This document shows, in pieces, positions 12,906-28,069 of a stretch of DNA of 64,000 nt. The DNA is from Octopus sinensis (lineage: Eukaryota). The position numbers and the translations under genes were made by a program. The stretch covers positions 62,322,464 through 62,386,463 of the forward strand of contig NC_043011.1 of the NCBI RefSeq assembly GCF_006345805.1, read 5' to 3'. Within the stretch, counting starts at the first letter, position 1, and every line of letters starts with the position of its first letter. The notes under the pieces are model-generated. The model was not told the DNA's origin, made no database searches, and saw only the letters and a list, made by a program, of their open reading frames with translations.

Positions 12906-14512
12906 AGAGGAATAATTATAAAATTTAGTCTCACAAACGACGATGAAAGACGACTGATTATAGTTGGCGGCTTCTGAAAGCTCTCTATGCAACAATTCAA
13001 TTACATTGTGAATTAAGGTTATAAAAAAATTATAATTTATAATTGCAGAAGGATTTTTATAAATGGTTCAGTATTTATTAAGAGAACCGTTGATAATGAA
13101 AGAAATTCAGCCTTGACATCCTATATCATCCATAATTGCAACTTTGATTCCGTTATTGATCCATTTGTGTTAAGAGAGTTCGTTGAAGCGTTTGCAACTA
13201 GTTTGCTAAGTGCTTGCTTCATACCTCCTATACAATGGAAATACTAGAAGAGCAAGCAAGCGAGTGAGAGAGAAAGATAGATGGATAGAAAGATAGATAG
13301 AGTGACTGAGAAAGAGATAGATAGATAATCAGAGAAAGGTTAAGGGAAAAAGAGACTCTTTCTCTTGGAAGTGAAGTAGATTTCCGTTGTGACATTCTAC
13401 GCACGCTATAAATATTCCTGGTCCATCTGGTTTATAATTTGTTTTTCACGTGTGAGAACAGAAAATAATACAAAACTGTAATGAAGTGGAAGCACATTAT
13501 TTGGTCTCTCAGTTTACAATGAGTGCCGTGGATGAGATGGTTGCTTCCGCCAAACTGAATTAGCGATCCGGTTTCGATTTCCGTTTGTACATATTTCACT
13601 CTATTTACGTCAATAAATCGGTTTGGAATAAAAATGGATGAACGTTACAAATCACCATTACCTCTCCTTCTTCGAACCAAAGTTGTAATGTCAACATGAT
13701 CACTTTGCTAAAAATAGCAGCTAAATAACCCCTAATTGAAAAAAATATTCTTTCTACTATAGGCACATGAGTTGAAATTTTTGAGAGGATTGTGTAGTTG
13801 GTTACATTGACCTCAGTGTTCAACTGGTAATTCTGTTACCGACCCAAAGGGATGAAAAGACGTCCTCGATGAAAACTGAATTCAGAATGTAAAGCCGGAC
13901 GAAACCTGCTAAGCATTTTGTCCGGCATGATAACAATCCTGCCAGCTTGCCTCCACCTTGAAAAATAATATATTGTCCAATATTATAAAATGAACAGCTT
14001 AGATTGAGTGGGCTACAATGATTGCTACATCATTACTTAGGCACGTACAGTGAAGTATATGCTTCGCTGAGGAGGCCTAATAACACTGAAATATGTCTGG
14101 AGTTCTCTTGCGTGCCGATAAAAGAAATCCTCAAAGCAATATTTCTCCTCGCGCTAACATCGTCCATTCCTTAACACATATATTTCTCATGTTGATGTTT
14201 TACTTCCCTTTTTAATAACACTAACTAAAATATAGATTGTTTTTTTTATGTGATTGTAGTAAATTAATTTATTTTTGAAAGTATACGAACAAAAGTGTTC
14301 ATCATAGTGTTTAGTCATAACATTAACAAGATTAAATAAATAAAAATATAAATAAAATAATTGTTTCCAAATTAGTCAAAAGGAGCAGAACTTTCGTGGG
14401 GATGGAATTAATCGATATTATCGATCCAAGCACGAGATTGTTATTTTAATTTATCGTTGCAAAAAGAACGAAAGGAAAATTTGGCCTTGGCGAGACATGG
14501 AAGAAATACTCG

Positions 14513-14745
14513 TTTCTTTACTACCCACAAGGGGCTAAACACAGAGGGGACAAACAAGGACAGACACACGGATTAGGTTGATTATATTGACCCAAGTGCA
14601 TAACTGGTACTTAATTTATCGACCATGAAAGGATGAAAGGCAAAGTCGACCTCGGCGGAATTTGAACTCAGAACGTAGCGGCAGACGAAATACCGCGAAT
14701 CATTTTGTCCGTCGCGCTAATGATTCTATGAATCTGTTGCCCTTA
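14513..14745 (-). mobile_element. tRNA-derived SINE, family A
   Basis: Near-identical to 5157-5392 and 61078-61308. Further partial copies lie at about 13824-13960 (-), 14395-14490 (-) and 15005-15170 (+). Confidence 0.85.
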
Positions 14746-14754
14746 ACAAGAATA

Positions 14755-14806
14755 ATGCTTTCTTTCTTTATTTTTCTTTCTTTCTTTCATTTTCTTTCTT
14801 CTTTCT

Positions 14807-14842
<36 letters not shown>

Positions 14843-15000
14843 TGTTTCTTTCCTTTTTTCTTCTTTCTTTCTTTCTTTTTTCTTTCTTTCATTTTCTTTC
14901 TTTCTTTCTTTCTTTTTCTTTCGTTCTTTCTTTCTTTCTTCTTTCTTTTCTTCATTTTCTTCTCTGTCTTTCTATTTCTTCTCGATTTCTTTCTTTCTTA
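14755..15000. repeat. (TTTC)n-rich pyrimidine tract
   Basis: Seen directly. Confidence 0.9.
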
Positions 15001-15173
15001 TGAATGCTTGCTGTCAGGTAAAATGCTTAGCGGCATTTCGTCTGCCGTTACGTTCTGAGTTCTAATTCCACCGAGGTCGACTTTGCCTTTCGTCCTTTCG
15101 GGGTGTCGGTAAAATAGGTACCAGTCGAATACTGGGGTTGTTCTAATCGACTTACCCTCTCCACCGAAATTGC

Positions 15174-15336
15174 TAGATTCACTTCAACATTTAAATTTAA
15201 TTTGTCAAAATATTTTCGTCACTTTGAGACCGCGACCTCTTCACTGACAAAATTCCGATGCAGCACGGAACAGGTCGCGGTCTGAAAGCCACGAAATTAT
15301 TTTAACAAATTAAATTTAAATGTTAAAGTGAATCTA
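15174..15336. repeat. Palindromic (foldback/MITE-like) element with arms of about 65 bp
   Basis: tagattcacttcaacatttaaatttaatttgtcaaaatattttcgtcactttgagaccgcgacct is the imperfect reverse complement of aggtcgcggtctgaaagccacgaaattattttaacaaattaaatttaaatgttaaagtgaatcta. Confidence 0.8.
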
Positions 15337-15451
15337 ATGGTGTTTGTGTGTTTTAAATGGCTTATAAACACCTTCCACGCTGCAACTGATTTCGTTCCAG
15401 CACACGATCTCAGATCAGGTCACTTGCTATGCAAGTACATCTCCGTAATTA

Positions 15452-15512
<61 letters not shown>

Positions 15513-16141
15513 TTAAATGAAGCGCAATATAATATGAAAAATATTAAAAAACCTGTCCTGGGGTCTGTAGTCTGCTGTTGTCTGGAAATAATATGAAATA
15601 GAATTCGTCTTGCCATCTTCGAAATTGCAATTTTGAAATTCAAAATAAAAAATCTTTTGTAATTTATAACTTATTTGCTGGGCAGGTGGACAGTTAGATT
15701 TTGACTTGTTGGATTATGTCCGTCCCTCTTTGTTTAAATAAAGAGAACCAAAAGCGAATAAAAATATTGTCGCCTGAAAAATAGAAACGAAAAATATTAA
15801 AGCAAACGAAACAAGAGCAAATAATGTGTGTGTGCATGCATTGTGCATCGTGTGGAAAATAATGAGTTTGCGTACTGTGTGCGCATCGTACAAAGAGTGA
15901 AAGCATTATTGCCATCTGATTTATATTTCCGAGTTCTGACGGGAGGAAAAATGTAAATAGGGATAATGATAAATAATAATAAAAAGAATATTAATTATAA
16001 TATTCCCGTCAGAGATGCGATAAACATCGCAGAATAGTTTGGAGGACATCGCAAATAAATATATATTCCAAACACAGGAATCAAGAGTGTCATCTTGCGC
16101 AGATAAATTGAAATATTGGTTTATTGCGCGAGAGAGAAATC

Positions 16142-16253
<112 letters not shown>

Positions 16254-16699
16254 AGGAAAGTGAGGGCGTTGGAATGGCGAGAAAACAAGATGGCGGTAGT
16301 CTGATAATAGGCAACTGGACTGAGGATGTAAAATAATTGCGGATCAATAACGGAAGGCTTCCCGAGTATTCTCCCTGGTGAAATAAACTCTCTCTCCATT
16401 GATACTTTCCGAAATATCCAAATGGGATTAGAAAGACGGGCTTATTATGTAGTTTGTTTTAGAAGCTGTATCGACCAAAGGCCTTTGCTGCTGCTGCTGC
16501 TGCTGCTGCTGCCACTGCTACTACTGCTACTGCAACAATAGCAGCTGTGACTCTTGTGTTTTTGTTAGTGTTTTACGAACAGGCAATTTAAAGACGTTCG
16601 AACAACGAACGATCAGTGACACACACACACACACACACACACACGTACACACACACATACATACACACACACACATGCACGTATACATACATCCTTTTT

Positions 16700-17100
16700 C
16701 TTTTATCTTTTACTTGTTTCAGTCATTTGACTGCAGCCATGCTGGAGCAACGCCTTGAAGGGTTTTAATCGAAAAAAATCGAACCCAGGACTTATTTTGT
16801 ACTTATTCTATCGGGGTCTTTTTTGTTTTGTCGAACCGTTAAGTTACAGGGACGTAAACACGCCAACACTGGTTGTCTAGTGGTGATGGGGGGACAGACA
16901 CAATGATACAAACGCTGACACAAACACATATTCATATATATATATACGAGGGGCTTCTTTTTAATTTCCATCTACCAAATCCACTCACAAGACTTTGGTC
17001 GGCCTGAGGCCATAACAGAAGACAGTTGCCCAAGGTGCCAAGCAGTAGGACTGAACACGGAACCATGTGGTTGTGAAGTCACCTTCCTACCACACAGCCA
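16700..17100 (-). mobile_element. tRNA-derived SINE, family B, full bipartite copy
   Basis: Reverse complement of the head at about 16950-17100 and of the tail at about 16700-16900. Confidence 0.8.
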
Positions 17101-17108
17101 CATCTTCA

Positions 17109-17157
<49 letters not shown>

Positions 17158-18779
17158 CTATGCATGTATGCATGTAAATATACATCGCTACATATGTACA
17201 CATCCACCCATACACTTATATGTTTGTATGTATTTATGGATATGTGAAGATGTAAAATGTCAATGGCCGGACGACAAAGTGGTCACTTTCGATTTCTGAA
17301 TCATTCATTGAATTTCTTGAAAAGAAAAGAGAGCCAGCAGTGGACTTAACCTTTACAATTCCTCTGAGATTGGTTAGATCTATGTTTAATTTCTGCATTC
17401 GTAAGTCAACGAGTGGACTGGATAATATAGACGAGGTGAGAATACCAGGGGAATTTATTTTTTGCGTAGAAAGGACTCCCACGAGACACTATGTGTCGGA
17501 TTGACCTGGGTCGAGGTGTTACGCAACTAATTAGTTCAGATCTGTAATGATGCTTTTGTCCATGACTTCCTTGAGGATGCGTTCAGCCATAATTCTTTAG
17601 CTGTTAAATTAGTTTACCTCATTGTTTTTATTTGCCCTGGGCCTCAATATTTTAATATCGTCCAGTGAACTGTTCCAAAAATTAAATTACATACACAAAT
17701 GTAATTAGAATATAAAAATAAAACTGATGGTAGTCTCCCGTCGTCCGAGAAAGACGGTTCTGCAATTTCTTGCTGGACAACCAGCACTAATGGTTTGTTT
17801 ACAGGGATCAAAGTTATGTGCTGTACACAAGCTTACTCTCTCCATCAAATCGACGTTGCTTGAACAGGTCCATGGTGTACCAAATGTCAAACATCGAAAT
17901 GATCACAGAACAGCGTGAGATGAAGCGTTTCGCTCAAGAATACAATGAACTAACTGGTCCAGGAATCAATAATACGATTCTGTAACCATGAATGCAATAC
18001 CCGAACAACAAGGCCATTCGCCATCACAATATAAAGAAATGATACAGTTGCAGTATACAGGTGCAATGACCGTTTCAGAGTTGCATAATTAATTATTTTT
18101 CCGAAAGATATAGGTGATACATAGTTTTATAATTAATTGTGTATAATAATTACGTAATGGTATAAAAGAAGATGGTTTTATTCTACCGAAACAGCTGTTG
18201 GGCGTAATTAAATTATTTGTCGTTGCTGCTTGATACCAGGCCATCTCTGAACGTACAACTTCTATGGTCAAAACATTCCAACCGTGGCAATATCATCAAT
18301 TGCCTACGTTACAAAGAACTGGGTACTACATTGTGGCATGCGTTCATTTTCTTTGAGGTGGTAAGTTAAGATTTGAATAAAATTCGGCTGCTATTTCCAG
18401 CTGTCTTCGTTGACAGTTAGAAACTGGCCCTCGGATCCCGATAAGAATCTGCAACGACATCGTTGGTCGCCATTTATAATTAAATAAAATAAAACAAATT
18501 AAAATTTAAAAAAAAAGCGATAGCAACAACAACAACAAAGAATGGGTGCTCATAAACACACGGGTGAACAGAAATCAATATGGCTTGAAGCCAGTCACCT
18601 AACCCCTCACTAGACACCTCCACCCCATCTGAAACTCTGTGAAGGCACGTGGATCTGGAATGTGGCCAGAACATGGAATGGAAGCAATAAATAATATCTG
18701 AGAGTAAACAAGGAAGAATCGATGCCATGGAGGTGTTTTGTGCTTGTTTTGTTTTGTTTGTTTTGTTTTGTTTGGTTTT

Positions 18780-19345
18780 ACATCATCACGAGTAGCAGCA
18801 GCAGCCGCAGCAGCAGCTGTAGTACCGCCACCGCGTCTAGTGTTACACCGTCACCAGCACTACAGCCTCAACTACCACCACCACCAACGCAGCTACCACT
18901 ACCACCAGTAAACACCATGAGCACCATCACCATCACCATCATCACCGTCACCAGCATCACCGTCACCAGCATCACTATTCTTAACACCACCGCCGCCGCC
19001 ACCACCGCCGCCGCCACCACCACCACCACCACTGCCACCACCATTGTCATCGTGATCTCCAGCATCATCAACAGCACGATCGTCATCATTGTCATCATCA
19101 TTGCCGTCGTCGTCGTCATCGTCGTCGTCTTTCTCTTCACCGCCACCACCCCTGACATCACCATTATCCCTCTGAACATGGTCATCATCCTCATCACAAT
19201 CCACCTGCTACTCTTCTTTTTTCCTTCTCCTCTTTATAATCATCATCATCATCGTCGTCGTCGTCGTCGTCGTCGTCATCATCATCATCATCATCATCCT
19301 CATCATCCTCATCATCACCATCATCATCATTATCATCGGTATTAC
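18780..19345. repeat. Compound trinucleotide repeat (CAC/CAT/CGT/CAG)
   Basis: Seen directly; all frames give low-complexity homopolymeric translations. Confidence 0.85.
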
Positions 19346-19571
19346 TATAATGATTTACGAACTTAAACTGCTGACGTAAAAACAGTCAAAGATAAAAATC
19401 GAAATCCGTTTCCTATTATATCCTGATACATACATACATACATATGTATATATACGGATGCACATATATTTTTCATATATACACACACACATGTATGCAT
19501 GTATCTACGTATGTATACACACACTCATTTATACAACTAGGTTTGTATGTGTGTATATATGTGAATATTGT

Positions 19572-19656
<85 letters not shown>

Positions 19657-20235
19657 ATATATGTACGTGTGCATACATAAACACTTCATACGTATACATA
19701 ATTATACTTCATACACATACGCAATCTTAGCGCAGAATCTTAAAATGTATATATACAGAAGTTTAAAAAATGTATAAACCCTTTGGACAGCAATTAATCG
19801 ATGTCAGATTGATAATTAGAATGTATACATATATACACACATGCACACTAGCACGTTATATCAGTGAATGTCCGTTTGAGCGTGTGTGTGTGTGTGTGTG
19901 TGTGTGTTGTGTGTGTGTGTGTAAGATTATATGTGGAACAGATGACGAGTGCATTTGTTCAAAAAATGTTGACACAGAGAAAATGCTAATGAACAACCAT
20001 ACACACGTATGCACAAATACGTGTATATATGTAGCCATATTCATACACACTTGTTCGTTTCTGTGTCTGCGCATATATGTGTATATGTGTGTGTATTTGT
20101 ACGCGTGCATGTTTGAATATACGTAAATATATTTCTGTGTGCATTTTTATATTTATTTACGATTGTCTGTGAACGTAGGTATAAGCAAATTCATGCATAC
20201 ATACATATTTATGTGTGTGTGTGTGAGTGTATAAA

Positions 20236-20398
20236 CGATGGGCTTATTTCAGTTTCCGTCTACCAAATCCACCCATAAGTCTTAGGTCGGCCCGAGGCTG
20301 TAGTAGAAGACACTTGCCCAAGGTGCCACGCAGTGGGACTGAACCAGGAGCCATATGGTTTGGAAGCAAGCTTCTTACCACACAGCCACTCCTGCGAT
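20236..20398 (-). mobile_element. tRNA-derived SINE, family B head
   Basis: atttcagtttccgtctaccaaatccacc...gtgggactgaacc...cttcttaccacacagcc. Other heads at about 2775-2920 (-), 42675-42840 (+) and 46350-46490 (-). Confidence 0.8.
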
Positions 20399-20410
20399 AT
20401 ATGTACTTAC

Positions 20411-20490
<80 letters not shown>

Positions 20491-21644
20491 TGTGTGTGTT
20501 TGTGTATACACACGTACACATATATATATATATATACATACACACACATTTAAATTAACTTATTAATTACGCTTGTCTTAGAGCAGTGAATCGGGCAAAA
20601 TATATTGCAGCCTTTTTTTCCGGCTTTTTGCATTCTGAGTTCGTATCCAGTGGCCGTCATCTATAACGATTGCTAAGTTTCCCATGACCGCACGTAGGTT
20701 AACAACCTTACAGTAATCATAACGAATACGTCCTCCTTCAAGGCAAGATTATGGAAGAAAGATATGAAATAAGATCAGAAATCCATCATAGAGAATAGCT
20801 GAATACGTGCATCATTGCTGAATGCTATTATAGTAAATCAGAAACGATACAATAGACATCATGTCTCGGTGACACACGTCAAATGGTTTAGCGGCCATTT
20901 TGAATCCTTCAGTTATAATATGAAATATTTTGCTATTGTTTTAAGACTATCTCAGCTTGAAGTAGTTATTACATATCAAAAATAAGGAGAGAAATAAAGG
21001 GGGAGATATATAGACAGGGAGACAGAGAAATTAGAGAGAGAGTGTGTAAAAAGTGAGAACGAAATAAAGACAAATTCTTTTACTTATCCTATCCTTTTAT
21101 ATTCCGTTCTACTCATCTAAATTATCTCCCCCTCCTTCTCTCTCTCCCCTTCCCCTCTCTCTCTGTCTTTCTTATACATATTCCCCGAAGCAATAAATAT
21201 AACAAGTTGAAACGAGTTTATGAGAAAGCTAATATGTGGATGTTTCTTTGCTAGAAATAGTACCGTATTCTTCACGAAATCGTACACAAGCGTTTTAAAA
21301 AAGAAATGCAACACATTTGACAAAGTAGTTGTAGATATATAAAATGAAGTGAACGAGATGGCCACGGCTAGAAGGGTTTTATTATAAATTTGTTCACACA
21401 GATTTAGTCCGGGGATAAGCAAATGCCACTACAAAATACTCCACAAAAGAACTAAAAGTTCCAAAATGGATATCAGGCACGTTTTTATCTTTCTTGTTTT
21501 CAATCAGGTGACAAATAAGTGTAAAAACCTCGGAGTAGCACGGAGTAAGGAATCATTAGGGTGAAACGAATAAACGAGTTTTATTATATGGATTGTTATA
21601 TATTGTAAAACACACAAGCACACACACACACACAGACACACACA

Positions 21645-21724
<80 letters not shown>

Positions 21725-21893
21725 CAATTCGAAGATGTCAGGTCCTCGTTAAGGATTAAATAATCCAAAAGTTTCACTGGTTAATTTCTATCATATAAGG
21801 AGATAGTCTCGACGATGTGTTTGGGATTATTATAGTAATACATATTATCAATAATGATGAAAGGAAGAAAATGGACAATTATGGATGTTTAAA

Positions 21894-21931
<38 letters not shown>

Positions 21932-22734
21932 GATGTGTGTGTGCGTGTGTTTTATCTTTTATTTATTTCAATCGTTGACCGATTCACGCCTTACGTTAAG
22001 GGATCAAGGGCCGCAGGCTTTGTACAGTCGAAAGAACTTATATCCCTTTCTGCATCAACCTCCTAAACTCGAGATCGGAGATTTTCACGAAATCCAGGCA
22101 TCTCGACAAGTGTCTGCTGCTGAAGATCACCAAATTCTACAGGTTCGACACACAGTCTTCCAAACTCTAATATTGAACCCCACCAACCATTGTTTATTCC
22201 CATTATAACGCACTGAAATGACACACCTCTTATCTCCTGCTTTTCTTCAAAGATTATTTTTCCCTGTTTCTTTCTTTTTTTTCTGCAATTTCCTTTTTCC
22301 TCATTCTCTCTCTTTCATTCTTGTTTTATCTCAGTGAATAGGCCATGTTCATTTTGAGTCAGAATGATTACAGGTTAATACGCAGCACACAGTATGTGCT
22401 TATCCGATTGCTGTCCTATCTGAGCATGAAACTTATGGTAGCGCAAAATATATGTATGTATATATATGTGTGTGTTTGTGTGCATGCATCTGTGTGTGCG
22501 TATGTATTTATTCATACATTTGTGTCTATATACATATATACATACCTGCACACATGTATACACACACACTTGTATATATACATACATTCATATATATATA
22601 TATATACGTACACATATATAAGTATATACGCAAACATATATATAAATATCCATATATATATACGTACATAACATATGTATATATGTGTGTATGTATGTGT
22701 ATATATATGCGTGTACGTGTGCGTTTGTGTGTGT

Positions 22735-23040
22735 GAAGAGGAGAGAGAGATAGACAAAAACATTGAATGGGAGAAAGTGAGAAAGAGGGGGAAAATGTAA
22801 GAAAGGTAGAGACAAAGAAAACAATGAAAGGGAAAAAACAGATTTTGTTCCGGTATTTTTCGTGTTTTGTTGACTCGAATGTTCCAGAATTAACCTCATC
22901 GTCCTTCAATTCTGTGTCATTAGTGTCTTAGCTTGAACAATAAACGCCGACTGAGGGACCGCTTGTGATGCTAGTGTGCTTGCGTGCATGTCTGTGTACG
23001 TATGTATGTTTGCGTATTTCTATCTGGCAAGCCAAATAAG
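22735..23040 (+). repeat. Dispersed repeat X, inverted copy of 31120-31425
   Basis: ...gttccggtatttttcgt...ctcgaatgttccagaattaacctcatcgtccttcaatt...tctatctggcaagcca is the reverse complement of the 31120-31425 block; the two ORF-track translations (MKDDEVNSGTFES...) are nearly identical. Confidence 0.85.
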
Positions 23041-23067
23041 TATATATGTATAAGTATATATATATAA

Positions 23068-23106
<39 letters not shown>

Positions 23107-23322
23107 GTGCGTGTGTTATGTGGTGTGTGTGTGTGCGTGTGTGTGTGTGTGTGTGCATATGTATATATGCATAATATATAGTATATTATATATATATATA
23201 ATATATATGCATATATATGTATATGTACGTATACATATTTACATACATACATATACACAGATCAGTGCATCATATATATATATATGTATGTTATAATATT
23301 TATATATATATATATATTACAT

Positions 23323-23375
<53 letters not shown>

Positions 23376-23403
23376 CAATATAATATATATACAAATATAC
23401 ATA

Positions 23404-23505
<102 letters not shown>

Positions 23506-24370
23506 ATGCATGTATGTATGTATGTAATTATGTAGGCATATATACAGTGGTTCTGTAATGACTGTTTTCCATGTGTGAAACAGTCATGTGACATTCGTAT
23601 CAGAAGACATAACGCAACTCACTAAGAAAAATCAAAAACATACGAATAAAATAATGAAATCTAATGCTTTGGGCTACTTCTACCATTTCTATAAGCATCG
23701 TCACGAAAATACTTAATTTAAGCAGGCCTACGTGATATTTCAAGACCTTACGCATCCGTCACCTCTTGCTGTCTTCATTTCGTAATGTATCTCATTACTA
23801 TTTACGAAATATCGCTTGTGACAAGGAATGCTGGGTAATTTAGTGGTTCTTCATGTTTTTTCTTTTGTGGTTTTTAAATATCCGCCATTGTTTAAGAAAT
23901 TCTAAATAAGGAACGCTGTATTATTTCCTTTTCTTTTTGTTCTGGTCAACACTGATTCAAGATGTCTATTATCGGAGACTTATAGACACGACCATTCGGC
24001 TTTTTTCATTCATTTTATTATTTTCAAATAATATACCCAGAACTGCGTCTTATTTTATGCTTGGTACTGCTGTGGTTGCTGCTGCTGCTGCTGTTGTTGT
24101 TGTTGTTCAGTCCTAGGTCAACTTTGATCGAGCAGACCTACGATGAAAGTATTCCGATGTGACCATGATGTAATATGAGGAAAATTTGGCTGCTACTTCT
24201 AGAGTGTTGGCTGACCACATCAGCTCCGTCGTCATTGGCGTGAGCTTCAACGGTGGGACATGAGCTCCATCTTGAGAAACATTATAATACAACATGGGGC
24301 AAAATAATTTGTAGGTTTTTGATCCGATTTTTATTTTGTTTTGTTATTCTGCGCCTTTAAGTGGAATCGA

Positions 24371-24610
24371 CTGAGCTTTTTATTGATTAACTACATCGCC
24401 ATTCTGGAGCGGCGGTTTATAGGAAATGTTAGAGTTTTGACTAAGATACAATTAGAGACGAGGAATTATGTACATTATTTACATTATTTACTTTTGATTG
24501 ATATTTGTCCTCATCTTGTTTGTTTTTAACACAATATTTCGGGTGTTATACCCACCAGCCTTCATCAGATGTCTTGGGGAAACTTCGAACCTGGGTTCTC
24601 ATTCCGAAGA
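24371..24610 (-). mobile_element. 5'-truncated copy of the hammerhead-bearing SINE, with long 3' extension
   Basis: Reverse complement matches 30840-31066; degenerate hammerhead at 24528-24573 (gacat-CTGATGA-a-ggctg-gtgggtataa-caccc-GAAA-ta-TT-gtgtt). Confidence 0.75.
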
Positions 24611-24720
24611 CAAAGGTCGTATTAAATGGGTGTGCGTTTCTTTTTTATTATTTTCCTTCCTTTAATTTCCCCTCACCTCTTCTCCATAGTGGTCTATCTC
24701 TCTCTCTCTCTATCGTACAC

Positions 24721-24891
24721 TATTTACATTATTTAGATTTGACGGATATTTGTCCTCATCTTGTTTGTTGTTAACACAACGTTTCGGCTGATATACCCTC
24801 CAGTCGTCATCAGGTGTCTTGGGGAAATTTCAAACCTGGGTTCTCATTCCTAAGGTATTTTACGATATCATTATTATTATTATTATTATTA

Positions 24892-24942
<51 letters not shown>

Positions 24943-24969
24943 GTTATTGTTATTGTTATTGTTGTTATT

Positions 24970-25026
<57 letters not shown>

Positions 25027-25193
25027 TTCACTGCCTTGAATCGAACTCAGAATCTTGGGGTTACTAGCTCTTAACCACTACTCAATATGCCCGAAGACAC
25101 CTAATGAAGGCTGGAGGGTACATCAGTCGAAACGTTGTGTTAACAACAAACAAGATGAAGACAAATATCAGTCAAATTTAAAAATGTAAATAA
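24721..25193 (-). mobile_element. tRNA-headed SINE with (AAT)n core and PLE-type hammerhead tail, plus an inverted copy of the tail
   Basis: On the - strand: A-box-like tagtggttaag (25070-25080), B-box gagttcgattc (25038-25048), (AAT)n, hammerhead motif 24773-24818, tail. 25094-25193 is an inverted copy of 24721-24820 and contains a second motif (core CTAATGA). Confidence 0.8.
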
Positions 25194-26970
25194 TCGTCTA
25201 AGATATCTGGCGGTATCAACCCCGTTTTGTGCGTTCTGAGATCCTTGGCGTTTGATTTAATCCGTCTCTCGGCTTAACACCACGAGAATATGGTCCTGTA
25301 GATCGTTAGTTGCCTTTAGGAATGGGTTCCATTATTATAGGAACCATATGAATTCGATCGCAGGTATGGAGCTAGCTTCCTTTCTTTTCCACCTCTGTAG
25401 TCCGGAAAATCCTGCAAAGATCGAGTCATGGACGCTGCCCTTTTCCACTGAATACAGAGTTTTAGTACGGTTTGTTTTGTTTTCTCCTATGGCTCTTGTC
25501 AATGTCAGGTAGGGTGTAGGGTGGTGTGTGGTTATCACCACACCAAGATCTTTTTAATTTTCCAAATATTTTATTTACCCACGTTGCCAAGTTTGCAGGT
25601 CTTTTATCTTTTGCGTCTTTCAGTCATTAGACCGCGGCCATGCTGGGGCAGCGCCTTGTAGAAGTTTTAGGTGGATGAATCGATCACTCTATTGACGAAT
25701 TGCTACCGGACGACAGTAACAAACATAAACACACTCATATACACAGAACATACAAATATAAATATGTGTGTGTATTGTATATATAAATGTAAATATATAT
25801 GTATACATGTATTATATATGCATGCATGTGTGTTTGTATGTATTACCTATCTATATACGTATATTTTTCTCTCACTCCCTTTTGTCCCCGCGCACGTATA
25901 TATATACTTGAATAATAAATACTATATAATATATAATATATATACATGCATATTTGGGTACAGCACGTCAGCCACAGTGCAAATAACATGAAATACTTAA
26001 ACAACGAGAATAAAAAAGGTAAACAGGACAAGTTAACACAGAGAAAGGAGTCTTCATCGGTTGTCGGCTGTTCATCTACTCCCCATTTCAAGCATTCAAC
26101 GACAATATGTGTCTTCAAAGACAGTTACACCCATAAATTCTAAAATAAAATTTAAGATTTATGGAAGGTCAAAGTTGAGAGCAAAAAATGACAGTGGAAA
26201 CATACAAGTTCGGTTTCCTTGTGAGTCTCCACTGGCTTGTATTCGTTCGGTTTCCTTGCATGACTTCACTGTCTCCGAGGAAGCTATAAGGAAATACACA
26301 GGGATCCAGCTTTGAGTGTACTGTAGAAACAGGTGTAAGCTAATGAAATTGATTTTTAGCATCTTTATCATTTAATTTCGTAAATACACGTACACACACA
26401 TGCACAAAAAAAAAAGAAAAAGATTTTCCCAACACATTTTGTATTGAAGTTGTACAAAGTAATTTATCTAGACTCAACCGTATCTTACTCTGGTATGCTT
26501 GACACACATTTATACTTAGAAAGATTTACTACACATAAAACACGCATTTGTAAAAGCTTCCAGTCTATTATTTGGACATATTATTTAGTATTTCACGTTG
26601 AAAATCACTTACTGCCAAATGAAGGGAAAGAATACGATTTTTATAGTTAGCTGAGTTAGCCATGGGATCATCGTTGTAACCAGTAATTGCCATTTTCGTC
26701 ATGAAAAAGTTACTTCACAATATATGAACAACCGAAACTAATAAATCCGTATTAATAACTGCTGTGTAGCGGCATAACATTGCCGTATAATGAAGATATA
26801 TATTATATATATATATATATCTATGTGTGTTGTGTGGGTGTGTGTGTGTGTGGGTGTGTGTGTGTGTTGTGTGTGAGTGTGTGTGTGTGTGAGTGTGTGT
26901 GTGTGTGTGAGTGTCTGTGTGTGTGTATGTGTATGTGTGTGTGTCTGTGTGTATATATATATTTATATGG

Positions 26971-27027
<57 letters not shown>

Positions 27028-27241
27028 CGCATATATATACACACATATATATATACAACACATACATATATATATATATATACAGAGAGAGAGAGGATAT
27101 ATGTACATATATATATGTGTGTGTATGTACGTGTATGTATATATACACTCATATATATTGTACACACATACTTATACAAGTGCGCTGTATTTTGTATGTA
27201 CGTACATGCGGCGAGCGTGCGTGTGTGAGAGTCATTACATG

Positions 27242-27275
<34 letters not shown>

Positions 27276-27589
27276 CGTGCGTGCGTGTTTATGCGGGTGT
27301 ATGTGCATATATGCAGGTGTATATCAGTGTGTGTATGTGTGGGAACCGATCATATCGTATCTCTTCACATAATAAATACATCGAAGACACTCAGAACATC
27401 GCTCCCGCCCGGTTTCTGTCATTTCTACGGCTGTGAACATTCTTTATCGCCGCCATTGCCTGAATAAATATAAAGGCAGCCATCTTTAACACTTGCTTGT
27501 TTCCCAGCACTGCTAATGGTTTTTTTTTTCTCTCTCTGCAAGACCAGTCGTTCATAGAAACTAGCAATCTTAGCAGAATTAACAATGGG

Positions 27590-27628
<39 letters not shown>

Positions 27629-27978
27629 GGCACATACAAAGAAACGCACACGCATATATGTATACATACACACTCATACGCACACTCAAACACACACCGA
27701 AACTACATGTACATACACACGCGCACACACACACATATAAATGCACGTATGAACTAATTAAATATATATATGCATATGAATATTTATATATATATACTTA
27801 CGTCTATGTATATATAGAAATATTTATATATGCCCAAGCATAGATACGCACATCCGTATCTACTCACGTATATGTGTATGTAAATAAGCTTGTATGTATG
27901 TATGTATGCTTGTAAGTACGTATGCATGCTTATAGACGCATCTATCTGTCTATGTAATCTATCCATATATATATATAT

Positions 27979-28031
<53 letters not shown>

Positions 28032-28069
28032 TAATATATATATATATATATCGTGTGTGTGTGTGGAAG

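Noticed and set aside
16286-16296. YY1 motif CAAGATGGCGG beside (GA)n as the promoter
   Set aside because: Similar AAAATGGCG motifs occur at several unrelated places (about 10692, 44942, 45315, 47560), so it is not discriminating without expression data.
18722-19366. 214-aa ORF with hydrophobic and His/Arg runs
   Set aside because: Entirely compound trinucleotide repeat, open in several frames on both strands, with no splice context.
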